DNA of 36,731 bases from an uncultured Chloroflexota bacterium (GTDB lineage Bacteria; Chloroflexota; Limnocylindria; Limnocylindrales; CSP1-4), in NCBI GenBank assembly GCA_903930745.1, contig CAIYZX010000040.1:1-36731 (forward strand). Direction: 5' to 3'. The position numbers and the translations under genes are program-made. The notes under the pieces are model-generated. The model made no database searches, had not been told where the DNA came from, and saw nothing but the letters and a program-made list of their open reading frames with translations. How positions within the stretch are numbered: the stretch's first letter is position 1; each line of letters starts with the position of its first letter. Positions 9,864-18,290 of this stretch are shown one piece after another.

Positions 9864-10259
9864 CTACTTGGCGGGAATGATGACGGGCTCGGGCAGCGGG
9901 CCCATGCCGGCGTCGATGGCCTGCTTCCGGATCGCGGGTGCCTTGCCGAGCCGGTTCAGCTCGGTTCGCAGGTCCTCGACCCTGCCCTCGAGCAGGGTCC
10001 GCTCCGCGGCGAGCCGGTCCATCTCGTAGCCGGTGGCGGAGACGCGCACGTCCTGGGAGAGCGAGAAGAAGGCCCCGGCGAAGGCGACGACGATGACGGC
10101 GAGCAGGATCGACACGCGGGAGGAGCCACGCCGGGCGCGCACGGCGGCGCGGGCACGGCGGCGCGGCAGCGGCTGGGCGTCCGGACGGACACGCGGCAGC
10201 TCCGGCAGACGCGGAAGGACGATGGTGCGCGCCGGGCGTGCACCCTGGTAGACGGCCAC
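9864..10259 (-). CDS. ftsL: FtsL-like cell division protein (single TM plus coiled coil)
   Basis: 131 aa with an Arg-rich N-terminus and one TM (ILLAVIVVAFAGAFFSL). A heptad-like region follows (YEMDRLAAERTLLEGRVEDLRTELNRL). Its position between rsmH and ftsI is canonical for ftsL. GTG start 10259 lies 5 nt after the stop of the upstream 65-aa ORF and has no SD of its own. Confidence 0.7.
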   Translation of the reverse strand: MAVYQGARPARTIVLPRLPELPRVRPDAQPLPRRRARAAVRARRGSSRVSILLAVIVVAFAGAFFSLSQDVRVSATGYEMDRLAAERTLLEGRVEDLRTELNRLGKAPAIRKQAIDAGMGPLPEPVIIPAK

Positions 10260-10264
10260 GACGA

Positions 10265-10462
10265 TCAGTCGCCCAGCGCGAAGTGCAGCCGCGGCGTGCG
10301 CGGGTCCATGAAGCCGAAGCGGTCCGCGATGGACGCCGGCGCCATGTCGTCAAGCTCAAGGTCCAGCTCGGACGGCACGTGGTCGCGCTGGCGGCGCTCG
10401 TGCAGCTCGTGCTGGCGGCGGCCGTAGCTCTTGCGGCGGTTGCTCTGGTGACGCTTGCTCAC
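10265..10462 (-). CDS. hypothetical 65-aa protein (basic N-terminal half, acidic C-terminal half), dcw-embedded
   Basis: GTG start 10462 is preceded by GGAGGAGGAG with a 4-nt spacer, the strongest SD I saw in the window. Third codon positions are nearly all G/C. There is no TM and no family I recognise. Its stop is 5 nt from the ftsL-like start. Confidence 0.65.
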   Translation of the reverse strand: MSKRHQSNRRKSYGRRQHELHERRQRDHVPSELDLELDDMAPASIADRFGFMDPRTPRLHFALGD

Positions 10463-10479
10463 GGGACTCCTCCTCCGTG

Positions 10480-10510
10480 GGCCGGGCCTGCCCGGCCGTC
10501 CGTGGCCGGG
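10480..10510 (-). repeat. three-arm GC element able to form two mutually exclusive hairpins, just upstream of the SD of the 65-aa ORF
   Basis: The plus strand reads GGCCGGG(10480-10486)-cctg-CCCGGCC(10491-10497)-gtccgt-GGCCGGG(10504-10510). The central 7-mer is complementary to both flanking 7-mers. Confidence 0.4.
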
Positions 10511-10600
10511 ATCAACGTTGCACCTGGGACCTCGCGCTCCAGCGGCCTGGGCGGCGCGGGGTGCCCCCGGTTCCTCCTCGCTGCTCCAGTGCCTCCTCTG

Positions 10601-11545
10601 CTAGGCCGCGAGCCGCTCGGCGGCCCGCAGGCGGGCGCTGCGCGCCCGGGGATTGGCCTCGATCTCGGCGTCCGTCGGCACGAGGGACGGCCGGGTGACC
10701 AGGCGAAGGCGCGGCTTGTGGCCGCAGACGCAGATGGGGGCCTCGGGTGCGCAGACGCAGCCCCGGCGCTCGGCATCGAGGAACCGCTTCACGATCCGGT
10801 CCTCGAGCGAGTGGTACGAGAGGACGACGAGGCGGCCGCCCGGCCGCAGCAGGTCCAGCGCCGCCGTGAGCCCCTCGGTCAGGGCATCCAGCTCCTCGTT
10901 CACCGAGATCCGCAGCGCCTGGAAGACGCGCGTGGCGGGATGGGTACGGCGCGGCTGGCGCGGGTTGCCCGGGACGAGGCGCTCCACGAGCGCGGCAAGG
11001 TCCTCGGCGGTCTCCACGGGTGCGGAGGCGCGCGCCGCCACGATGGCCTTGGCGATCTTCCAGGCGGCGGGCTCCTCGCCGTACTTGCGGAAGAGCGCCG
11101 CGAGATCGTCCGCGGACAGGGTGGCGAGCAGCTCCGCGGCCGGCACGCCGCGGGTGACATCGAAGCGCATGTCCAGCGGCCCGCCGGCGCGGAAGCCGAA
11201 GCCCCGGTCGCGGTCCGCCAGCTGGTAGGACGAGAGGCCGAGGTCGAAGAAGGCGCCGTCCACCTGGGCGAACCCAGCGGCGGGCGCCACGTCGGCGAGC
11301 TCGCGGAAGTTGCCCTGGCGCAGGACGAGGCGGTCGCCGAAGCGGGCCAGCCGTGCCCCGACGCGCTCGATCGCGAGCTGGTCGGCATCAAGCCCCAGCA
11401 CGCGGCCGTCGGGGTTGGCGGCCTCCAGGATCCGCTCGGTGTGCCCACCGCCGCCGAGCGTGGCGTCGACATGGAGGCTGCCGGGCGCGGGGGCCAGGGT
11501 CTCGAGGACCTGGTCCGGCATCACCGGCGTGTGCCCTACCTCCAT
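10601..11545 (-). CDS. rsmH: 16S rRNA (cytosine1402-N4)-methyltransferase
   Basis: Real gene inside track ORF 10601..12004. ATG 11545 (GGAGGAG just upstream) gives MEVGHTPVMPDQVLETL...DATLGGGGHTERIL...SYHSLEDRIVKRF...NPRARSARLR, all RsmH/MraW hallmarks. Confidence 0.92.
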   Translation of the reverse strand: MEVGHTPVMPDQVLETLAPAPGSLHVDATLGGGGHTERILEAANPDGRVLGLDADQLAIERVGARLARFGDRLVLRQGNFRELADVAPAAGFAQVDGAFFDLGLSSYQLADRDRGFGFRAGGPLDMRFDVTRGVPAAELLATLSADDLAALFRKYGEEPAAWKIAKAIVAARASAPVETAEDLAALVERLVPGNPRQPRRTHPATRVFQALRISVNEELDALTEGLTAALDLLRPGGRLVVLSYHSLEDRIVKRFLDAERRGCVCAPEAPICVCGHKPRLRLVTRPSLVPTDAEIEANPRARSARLRAAERLAA

Positions 11546-11606
11546 CTCTCCTCCACGAGTCGGTTGCGGATCCCGAGCGGACCCTGGAAGCGCATGTGGT
11601 TCGACG

Positions 11607-12035
11607 TCAGATCCCCAGCCCGGCGATGGCCGCCGCGAAGGCCGACGGATCGTCAAGCGCCTGGCTGTACTCCTCCCAGCGGGCGGGTGCCCAGATCTCC
11701 GCGTGGTCGCGGGACCCGAGCACCAGCGCCTCGTCCTCGAGGCCGGCGAAGCTGCGCAGGCCCTGCGGGACGAGCACACGGCCCTGGCCGTCAAGCTCTG
11801 TCTCGAAGGCACCGGCGAACAGCTGGCGCTGGAGCAGCCGAGCGTTGTGGTCAACCATGGGCAGCCCGGCCAGCTTCGTGGCCAGCGCCTCCCAGGCCGG
11901 CATCGGGAAGATCGCGAGGCAGCTGTCCAGCCATCGCGCGACCACGCAGCCACCGTCGAGCTTCGCGCGGAAGCGGGCCGGAACGGCAATGCGTCCCTTC
12001 CCATCCACCGCGTGGCGGTACTCGCCGGTGAACAC
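11607..12035 (-). CDS. mraZ: transcriptional regulator MraZ
   Basis: FTGEYRHAVDGKGRIAVPARFR and a second DGQGRVLVPQGLR repeat form the duplicated DxxxR MraZ/SpoVT-AbrB fold. GTG 12035 gives the canonical MFxG N-terminus. GTG 12047 is an alternative. The track start at 12131 lies inside the operator and is unlikely. Confidence 0.88.
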   Translation of the reverse strand: MFTGEYRHAVDGKGRIAVPARFRAKLDGGCVVARWLDSCLAIFPMPAWEALATKLAGLPMVDHNARLLQRQLFAGAFETELDGQGRVLVPQGLRSFAGLEDEALVLGSRDHAEIWAPARWEEYSQALDDPSAFAAAIAGLGI

Positions 12036-12117
12036 GTTCCCCGTCACCCCTGACGTCGGGTGGCGCCCGGTGGACCGTTCAACCAGGGAATTCGGCCCCG
12101 TTACCGGGTTCGATGCC

Positions 12118-12144
12118 CCACTTTCCACCACTTTGCGCCACTTC
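12118..12144 (-). promoter_or_regulatory. putative MraZ operator: three direct AAGTGG repeats at exact 10-bp spacing
   Basis: CCACTT occurs on the plus strand at 12118, 12128 and 12138. The minus strand reads GAAGTGG-cgc-AAAGTGG-tgg-AAAGTGG. Phased direct repeats with a GTGG core match the known MraZ binding architecture. Confidence 0.7.
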
Positions 12145-12149
12145 TGGGC

Positions 12150-12177
12150 ATCATAGCGCCACGTGGAGGCCCGTCAA
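12150..12177 (-). promoter_or_regulatory. sigma70-type promoter of the dcw operon (Pmra-like)
   Basis: The minus strand reads TTGACG (12177-12172), a 16-nt spacer, then TATGAT (12155-12150). The MraZ boxes begin 5 nt downstream of the -10. Confidence 0.6.
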
Positions 12178-12379
12178 TGGGCGAAATCGGCGATCTGCGG
12201 CTCGGAGGCGCGGCGAAGCACCACCTGTTCAGGGGGGTGTTGCGAGGCGTGCGCAGGCGCGGCGGAGGCAAGCCGTGGGCGCGATGGCACCCAGGGAGCG
12301 TGCAGTGGGGTCGCGGAGGGGCGTGGCAGGGCGCCTGTGGCCCCGGCGTCAGACCCGGACCGGCCGGGGACGTGCGGCC

Positions 12380-13327
12380 CTAGCGGGTGGGCGGCGGCAT
12401 CCGGATCTCGTCACCCTTGCGGATGCCCTGGGTCCGGTACTGCGGGTTCCACTCGTAGATGACGCTGAGCTTGATGCCGAACCAGCTGGCGATGCTCGAG
12501 AGGTTGTCGCCGGTGCGGACCGTGTAGATCCAGCAGCCGTCCTGGTCCGGGCACGGGACGAGCACCGCGTACCGGTCCGATGTCGCGGCGGGCGAGGGCG
12601 CCGGCGTCGCGGGCGACGGCGTGGGGGTGGCCGGGGCGGCTGTGGGCACCGGGCTGGGGCTCGCGGTGGGGACCGGTGACGGCGACGGTGTGGCGGGCGC
12701 CGGGGTGGGCGACGGCGCCTCCGTGACGGGCGGCGCGGTGGGCTCCGGGGACGGCGTGACCACGACGGCCACGGCGGACGGCGAGTCCGATGGCATCACC
12801 GGCATCTGGAGACCGCCCCGCTGGAGCACGAAGCCCAGCGAGACGCCGGCGGACAGGACAAGGATCGCCAGTGCGGCGACGGTGGCCTTCGGCACCCTCG
12901 GCAGCGCTCCACGGACCGCCATCGTGGCGTCCGGCTCCGGCGCTGCGGCGCCACGGAGATAGCGGGGGCAGTCCGCGTGCGCAGACCGCAGGCAGAGCAG
13001 CTCCTGCTGGCGAAGGGATTGCGGTCGCGGCTCACCGATCGCCACGCAGACGTGCTGCTCGAGCGGACCACGATCGGGCGCCACCAGCTCGCCGTCCGGC
13101 CGGGCCAGGCGCAGGAACGGGCAGACGGACGGATCGGCGGCGCGATCGCCGTCGATGGCCAGCAGCGCCAGCGGCTCGTCGTCCTGGCCCGGCGCCACGG
13201 TCAGGTGCTGGGGAGCAACCCCGTCCTGGGGGCTCGCGCCACGCGGATCGGCGTCGGATCCCGCCACATCCGCCGGGGCCGCTGCGTCGGTCGGCCGCTC
13301 GCCGGCCGGCTGCTCGTCCAGGGTCAG
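12380..13327 (-). CDS. LysM-domain membrane protein with a Cys-rich cytoplasmic N-terminal domain
   Basis: C-terminal LysM domain (YTVRTGDNLSSIASWFGIKLSVIYEWNPQ...GDEIRMP). A P/T/S/A-rich linker precedes it, and there is one TM (VAALAILVLSAGVSLGFVL). The N-terminal region has 4 Cys (CPFL..., HVC, LLC, DCPRY). The stop at 12380 is firm. The 5' end is uncertain. The track start at 13537 is a GTG followed by ~70 codons with non-coding-like third positions. Coding-like signal starts near 13330. The canonical candidate is GTG 13267. CTG 13327 or 13321 follows an AGGAG. Confidence 0.75.
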   Translation of the reverse strand: MTLDEQPAGERPTDAAAPADVAGSDADPRGASPQDGVAPQHLTVAPGQDDEPLALLAIDGDRAADPSVCPFLRLARPDGELVAPDRGPLEQHVCVAIGEPRPQSLRQQELLCLRSAHADCPRYLRGAAAPEPDATMAVRGALPRVPKATVAALAILVLSAGVSLGFVLQRGGLQMPVMPSDSPSAVAVVVTPSPEPTAPPVTEAPSPTPAPATPSPSPVPTASPSPVPTAAPATPTPSPATPAPSPAATSDRYAVLVPCPDQDGCWIYTVRTGDNLSSIASWFGIKLSVIYEWNPQYRTQGIRKGDEIRMPPPTR

Positions 13328-13503
13328 GCTCCTCGTTTTCCCACGGCCCGCTGCCGCGACTCCTGCATCGAGTCTAGTACCTGTGGATGCTTGTCCGTGG
13401 CGAATCGACGGTGCTAGGCTCCGCGCCGCAGCCGGTGACGCGGGGGTGCCCGCGCTACAGTTGTCCCTGCTGATCCGCCGGGAACGTATCGAGCACGAGG
13501 TCC

Positions 13504-13758
13504 ATGGCGCTGACCGTCGCCACCACCGAACACGCACGGGGGCCCGAGGGGGATGCGTCGCGCCTTGCGCCGCATCGGATCAAGCGCTGCACGTTTCGCC
13601 GCCTCGTGAGCATCGACCGGCCGAACGAGCGGGTCTACGAGGTGGAGTGCCTCTACCCGGACCGCCGCGTGCCCATCCCCCTGGGCGACCTGGACTCGTG
13701 CCTGCCCATCTGCAACGCCTGCACCGCCGCGCACATCTTCCGCGCGGACGAGGACTGA
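13504..13758 (+). CDS. hypothetical 84-aa Cys-rich protein (C29, C49, C66-x3-C70-x2-C73)
   Basis: ATG 13504 with GAGG 3-4 nt upstream. G/C at third codon positions is high throughout. It is divergent from the LysM gene. I do not recognise the family. Confidence 0.6.
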   Translation: MALTVATTEHARGPEGDASRLAPHRIKRCTFRRLVSIDRPNERVYEVECLYPDRRVPIPLGDLDSCLPICNACTAAHIFRADED

Positions 13759-13791
13759 CCCGGACCATTCCGGGCTGCGGCGAGGGCTGAG

Positions 13792-14151
13792 GCGCCAGCG
13801 AGGCGGCCTGTAAGCCGAGTTCTGTCCCGCAACCTCGCGGTCACGGGGACGGTCATCCATCTGAGGCCGCCGGTTGCCCGACGGCTCATGCAGCCGACCC
13901 GAGGGCTGGGCAGCGCGCCTCTCCCCCCGGCGAACCGGGGTTGCACCCTCCTATTTGGCCTTGCTCCGGGTGGAGTTTGCCGCGTTTCACTCCGGCCCCA
14001 AGGGGCCGGCATCGTCACTGTGGCACTGGTCCTCGCCTCGCGGCGGACGGGCGTTACCCGCCACCCTGCGCTGTGGAGCTCGGACTTTCCTCACGCCGGC
14101 CCCGGGTTGCCCCGGTGACGGCGCGCGACCGTCCGGCCGCCTCGCTGGCCC
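13792..14151 (-). ncRNA. rnpB: RNase P RNA, bacterial type A
   Basis: The minus strand contains GAGGAAAGUCCGAGCUCCACAG (the 5' strand of P4), GCAAGGCCAAAUAGG, GGGUGCAACCCCGG and ACAGAACUCGGCUUACAG (the 3' strand of P4). Terminal P1 pairing is GCCAGCGAGGCGGCC (5', plus 14135-14149) with GGCCGCCUCGCUGGC (3', plus 13793-13807). The ends are approximate, within about 5 nt. Confidence 0.9.
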
Positions 14152-14179
14152 AGGAATTCTACGCGCAGCGCCCCGGAGG

Positions 14180-14602
14180 TCAGCCGGCAGGCGCGTTGAA
14201 CAGCAGCACCGTGCCGTTGGCGCCCGTCAGGCGCAGCTGGCCCGTGCCGGTGTCGATGGCGAACAGCAGCCCGCCGGTGAAGACGCCCATCACGGCCGTC
14301 TCCTGGGCGCCCACCAGTCCCTCGCACAGCATCAGCGTCGTCTGCATGGGGCCGATGACGAGACGGTTGCCCTGCACCTCGAACGTGCCCCCGGCGGCAT
14401 TGCAGCCCGTCTGGAGCTCGAATGCGCCGTTGGCGTGAAAGGTCACGCCGCCGGGCGCCGCGGGCGCAGCCCCACCAACGGAGGCCAGCGTCCACGACTT
14501 CTCCGCTATCACGTCCAGCGAGGACATGCACGCGGCGGCAACCAGGGTGACGATGGCGAGGAGCGCCAGGCGGCGCAGGGCGGCGTGCATGGCGCCGATC
14601 AT
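14180..14602 (-). CDS. META-domain (HslJ-like) lipoprotein
   Basis: Real gene in the 3' half of track ORF 14180..15016. ATG 14602 overlaps the SGNH stop (ATGA). The signal peptide ends in LVAAAC, a lipobox-like sequence. SWTLASVGG...VTFHANGAFELQTGCNAAGGTFEVQGNRLVIGPMQTTLMLC is the META-domain pattern. Confidence 0.8.
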   Translation of the reverse strand: MIGAMHAALRRLALLAIVTLVAAACMSSLDVIAEKSWTLASVGGAAPAAPGGVTFHANGAFELQTGCNAAGGTFEVQGNRLVIGPMQTTLMLCEGLVGAQETAVMGVFTGGLLFAIDTGTGQLRLTGANGTVLLFNAPAG

Positions 14603-15228
14603 AGGAGGGCACGGACCTCGTGCGCCACGGCGCGGGCCAGGGCGGCATGACCCGCGGGCGTCAGGTGCACGCCGTCCGCGGGATCCACCTCCGCGATGGG
14701 TGAGGCGTCGAGGAACGCGGCCCCGCCGGTGGCCGCCACGATCCGGTACAGCTCCCCGAACCGGGCGCTCTTGGCCGGCGCGTCGCCGAAGCCCCAGATC
14801 TCCGTGCGCTGGTCCCCGGCGAGCACCGGCGGCGGGGCGATGAGCAGCACCTTCGGCGCCGCGCCGTCCGGACCGGCGCCGGAGGCAGCGATGACGTCCA
14901 GGAGAGCGGAGACACCCGCGGCGATCTCCGGCGCGGACCGCGCGAAGATGGTCTTCGTGTCGTTGGTGCCCAGCATCAGCACCACCGCGTCGATGGGCGC
15001 ATGCGAGGCGAGACATGGCCCCAGGTAGGTGCGGCCGTTGCGGTCCGGCATGTAGGGGTCATCCCACGTGGTGGTCCTGCCGTTCAGGCCCTCCGAGATG
15101 ACCTCGACGGACGGCCCCAGGAGCGCGGCGAGGACACCCGGCCACCGGACGTCCCCGGGGTAGCGCCCGCCCGTTGCCTGGTCAAAGCCGTGCGTGTTGG
15201 AGTCGCCGTAGCAGAGCACCACCGCCAT
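14599..15228 (-). CDS. SGNH/GDSL-family hydrolase (arylesterase-like)
   Basis: 209 aa with VLCYGDSNTHG (block I, GDS), EGLNGRTT (block II), LGTNDTK (block III) and DGVHLTPAGH (block V, DxxH). Confidence 0.88.
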   Translation of the reverse strand: MAVVLCYGDSNTHGFDQATGGRYPGDVRWPGVLAALLGPSVEVISEGLNGRTTTWDDPYMPDRNGRTYLGPCLASHAPIDAVVLMLGTNDTKTIFARSAPEIAAGVSALLDVIAASGAGPDGAAPKVLLIAPPPVLAGDQRTEIWGFGDAPAKSARFGELYRIVAATGGAAFLDASPIAEVDPADGVHLTPAGHAALARAVAHEVRALL

Positions 15229-15289
15229 GGGGGCCGCCTCCTCGTCCGTGTGCTGTGTCTGTCCTGCGTGTCCGCGCGCGGCGCGAAGC

Positions 15290-15772
15290 CTACTCCGCGG
15301 GAGCCACGCGGCGGGCGCGAGCGACGCGCATCGGGCCGCCCGCGGCGACCCGGTCCAGCGCCTCGTTGGCGAGCCGGTCCGCGGTGGAGTTCTGCTCGCG
15401 CGGCACGTGCGTGGCGGACCAGCGCCGGAACCGGCCCAGGAGCGCCTTCGCCTCCGCGTGCAGCGGGGCCAGCTTGGCGTCCTTGACGCGCCACCGCCCG
15501 TGGAGCTGCTCCACGATCAGCTTGGAGTCCAGGTAGAGGTCCACCACCTCGGCGCCCAGGCGGTGGGCGAGCTTGAGCGCCTCCACGACGCCCGTCCACT
15601 CGGCCACGTTGTTCGTCTGGATGCCCAGCGCTTCGCTGATGGTGGCGTCAGGCGGCGCGGACGGCGAGCGCGCGTCCGAGCGGGACCCGTCGATGAGCGC
15701 GGCGCCAAGGGATGCCGGCCCGGGATTGCCCCGGGCCGCGCCGTCCGTGCGGATGACCAGGTGCGGGATCAC
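15290..15772 (-). CDS. rnhA: ribonuclease HI
   Basis: VIRTDGAARGNPGPASLGAAL, TNNVAEWTGVVEAL, LDSKLIVEQL and REQNSTADRLAN carry the RNase H type 1 DEDD residues. I prefer GTG 15772 (VIPHLVIRTDG). The track start 15895 would overlap sdhB by 73 nt. Confidence 0.82.
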   Translation of the reverse strand: MIPHLVIRTDGAARGNPGPASLGAALIDGSRSDARSPSAPPDATISEALGIQTNNVAEWTGVVEALKLAHRLGAEVVDLYLDSKLIVEQLHGRWRVKDAKLAPLHAEAKALLGRFRRWSATHVPREQNSTADRLANEALDRVAAGGPMRVARARRVAPAE

Positions 15773-15822
15773 CGGGAGCGCAGGCTTCGCGGCCCCCGCT
15801 CCCGCCCCCTCCCCCGTTCCGC

Positions 15823-16524
15823 TCAGGAACGCTTCCCCACGATCGCCGAGGAGACCTCGAGGATCGCCTGGGTGATGTGGATGCCACGCGGGCATGCGTC
15901 CGTGCAGTTGAAGATCGTCCGGCAGCGCCAGACGCCGTCCTTGTCGGACAGGATCTCCAGCCGCTCGTCCGCGCGGTCATCCCGCGTGTCGAAGATGAAG
16001 CGGTGGGCGTTGACGATCGCCGCCGGGCCCACGTACTCGGGCTTCGCCCAGAAGGACGGGCACGAGGTGGTGCAGGCCGCGCACAGGATGCACTTGGTGG
16101 TGTCGTCGAACCGGTCGCGGTCGTGCTGGCTCTGGCGGCGCTCGCGGACCGGCGGGATCGCCTCGTTCTGGAGGTACGGCTGCACGCTCCGGAACTTGGC
16201 GAAGAACTCCTCCATGTCCACCACGAGGTCCTTGAGGACGGGCAGACCCGGCAGCGGCGCCACCGTGATCTTCTTGCCTCCCAGCTGGTCCACGCGGATC
16301 TTGCAGGCGAGCCGGTTCCGGCCGTTGATGAGCATCGCGTCTGAGCCGCAGACGCCGTGCGCGCAGGACCGGCGGAACGTGAGGGTTCCGTCCTGCTCGT
16401 ACTTCACGCGGTGCAGCAGGTCCAGGACGCGGTCCATGGGACCGGCCTCAACCCGATACGTCTCCTCGTGGGGCTTCTGGTCGCGCTCCGGGTCAAAGCG
16501 GAGGATCTTGAGCTCAACAGTCAT
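15823..16524 (-). CDS. sdhB: succinate dehydrogenase / fumarate reductase iron-sulfur subunit
   Basis: 233 aa with three Cys clusters: CAHGVCGSDAMLINGRNRLAC, CILCAACTTSCP and CRTIFNCTDACPRGI. Confidence 0.93.
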   Translation of the reverse strand: MTVELKILRFDPERDQKPHEETYRVEAGPMDRVLDLLHRVKYEQDGTLTFRRSCAHGVCGSDAMLINGRNRLACKIRVDQLGGKKITVAPLPGLPVLKDLVVDMEEFFAKFRSVQPYLQNEAIPPVRERRQSQHDRDRFDDTTKCILCAACTTSCPSFWAKPEYVGPAAIVNAHRFIFDTRDDRADERLEILSDKDGVWRCRTIFNCTDACPRGIHITQAILEVSSAIVGKRS

Positions 16525-16541
16525 CGTTCTGCTCCCCCGCC

Positions 16542-18286
<1,745 letters not shown>

Positions 18287-18290
<4 letters not shown>

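Noticed and set aside
8058-10427. Very long antisense ORFs. Examples are 8058..10427 (789 aa), 24567..26603 (678 aa), 21162..22862 (566 aa), 18796..20355 (519 aa), 5351..6895 (514 aa) and 34879..36225 (448 aa).
   Set aside because: They have R/G/P/A/H-rich composition typical of the opposite strand of high-GC genes. Each lies opposite an ORF with strong family motifs. None has recognisable domains.
12100-12125. GGGTTCGATGCCCC, reminiscent of a tRNA T-arm
   Set aside because: The flanks cannot form the T-stem (CCGGG versus CCCCA), there is no acceptor or anticodon arm, and the segment belongs to the mraZ leader and operator.
10601-12131. 467-aa (10601..12004) and 174-aa (11607..12131) long forms of rsmH and mraZ
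   Set aside because: The N-terminal extensions are low-complexity out-of-frame sequence. For mraZ, the extension also runs through the promoter and operator. Internal starts give canonical N-termini.
13330-13503. Possible cyclic-di-AMP (ydaO-type) riboswitch in the LysM leader, since such riboswitches often precede wall-hydrolase or LysM genes in Actinobacteria
   Set aside because: I could not find the conserved cores I remember for that class (GGGGACCCA-like, GGGGUGAAUC-like and ACCCGAAUCC-like segments). There is only a vague AGCCUAGCACCGUCGAUUCG resemblance. A covariance-model scan would settle it.
13653-14650. ORFs overlapping 13790-14150 on both strands
   Set aside because: The span is occupied by RNase P RNA, and the ORFs lack coding-like composition.
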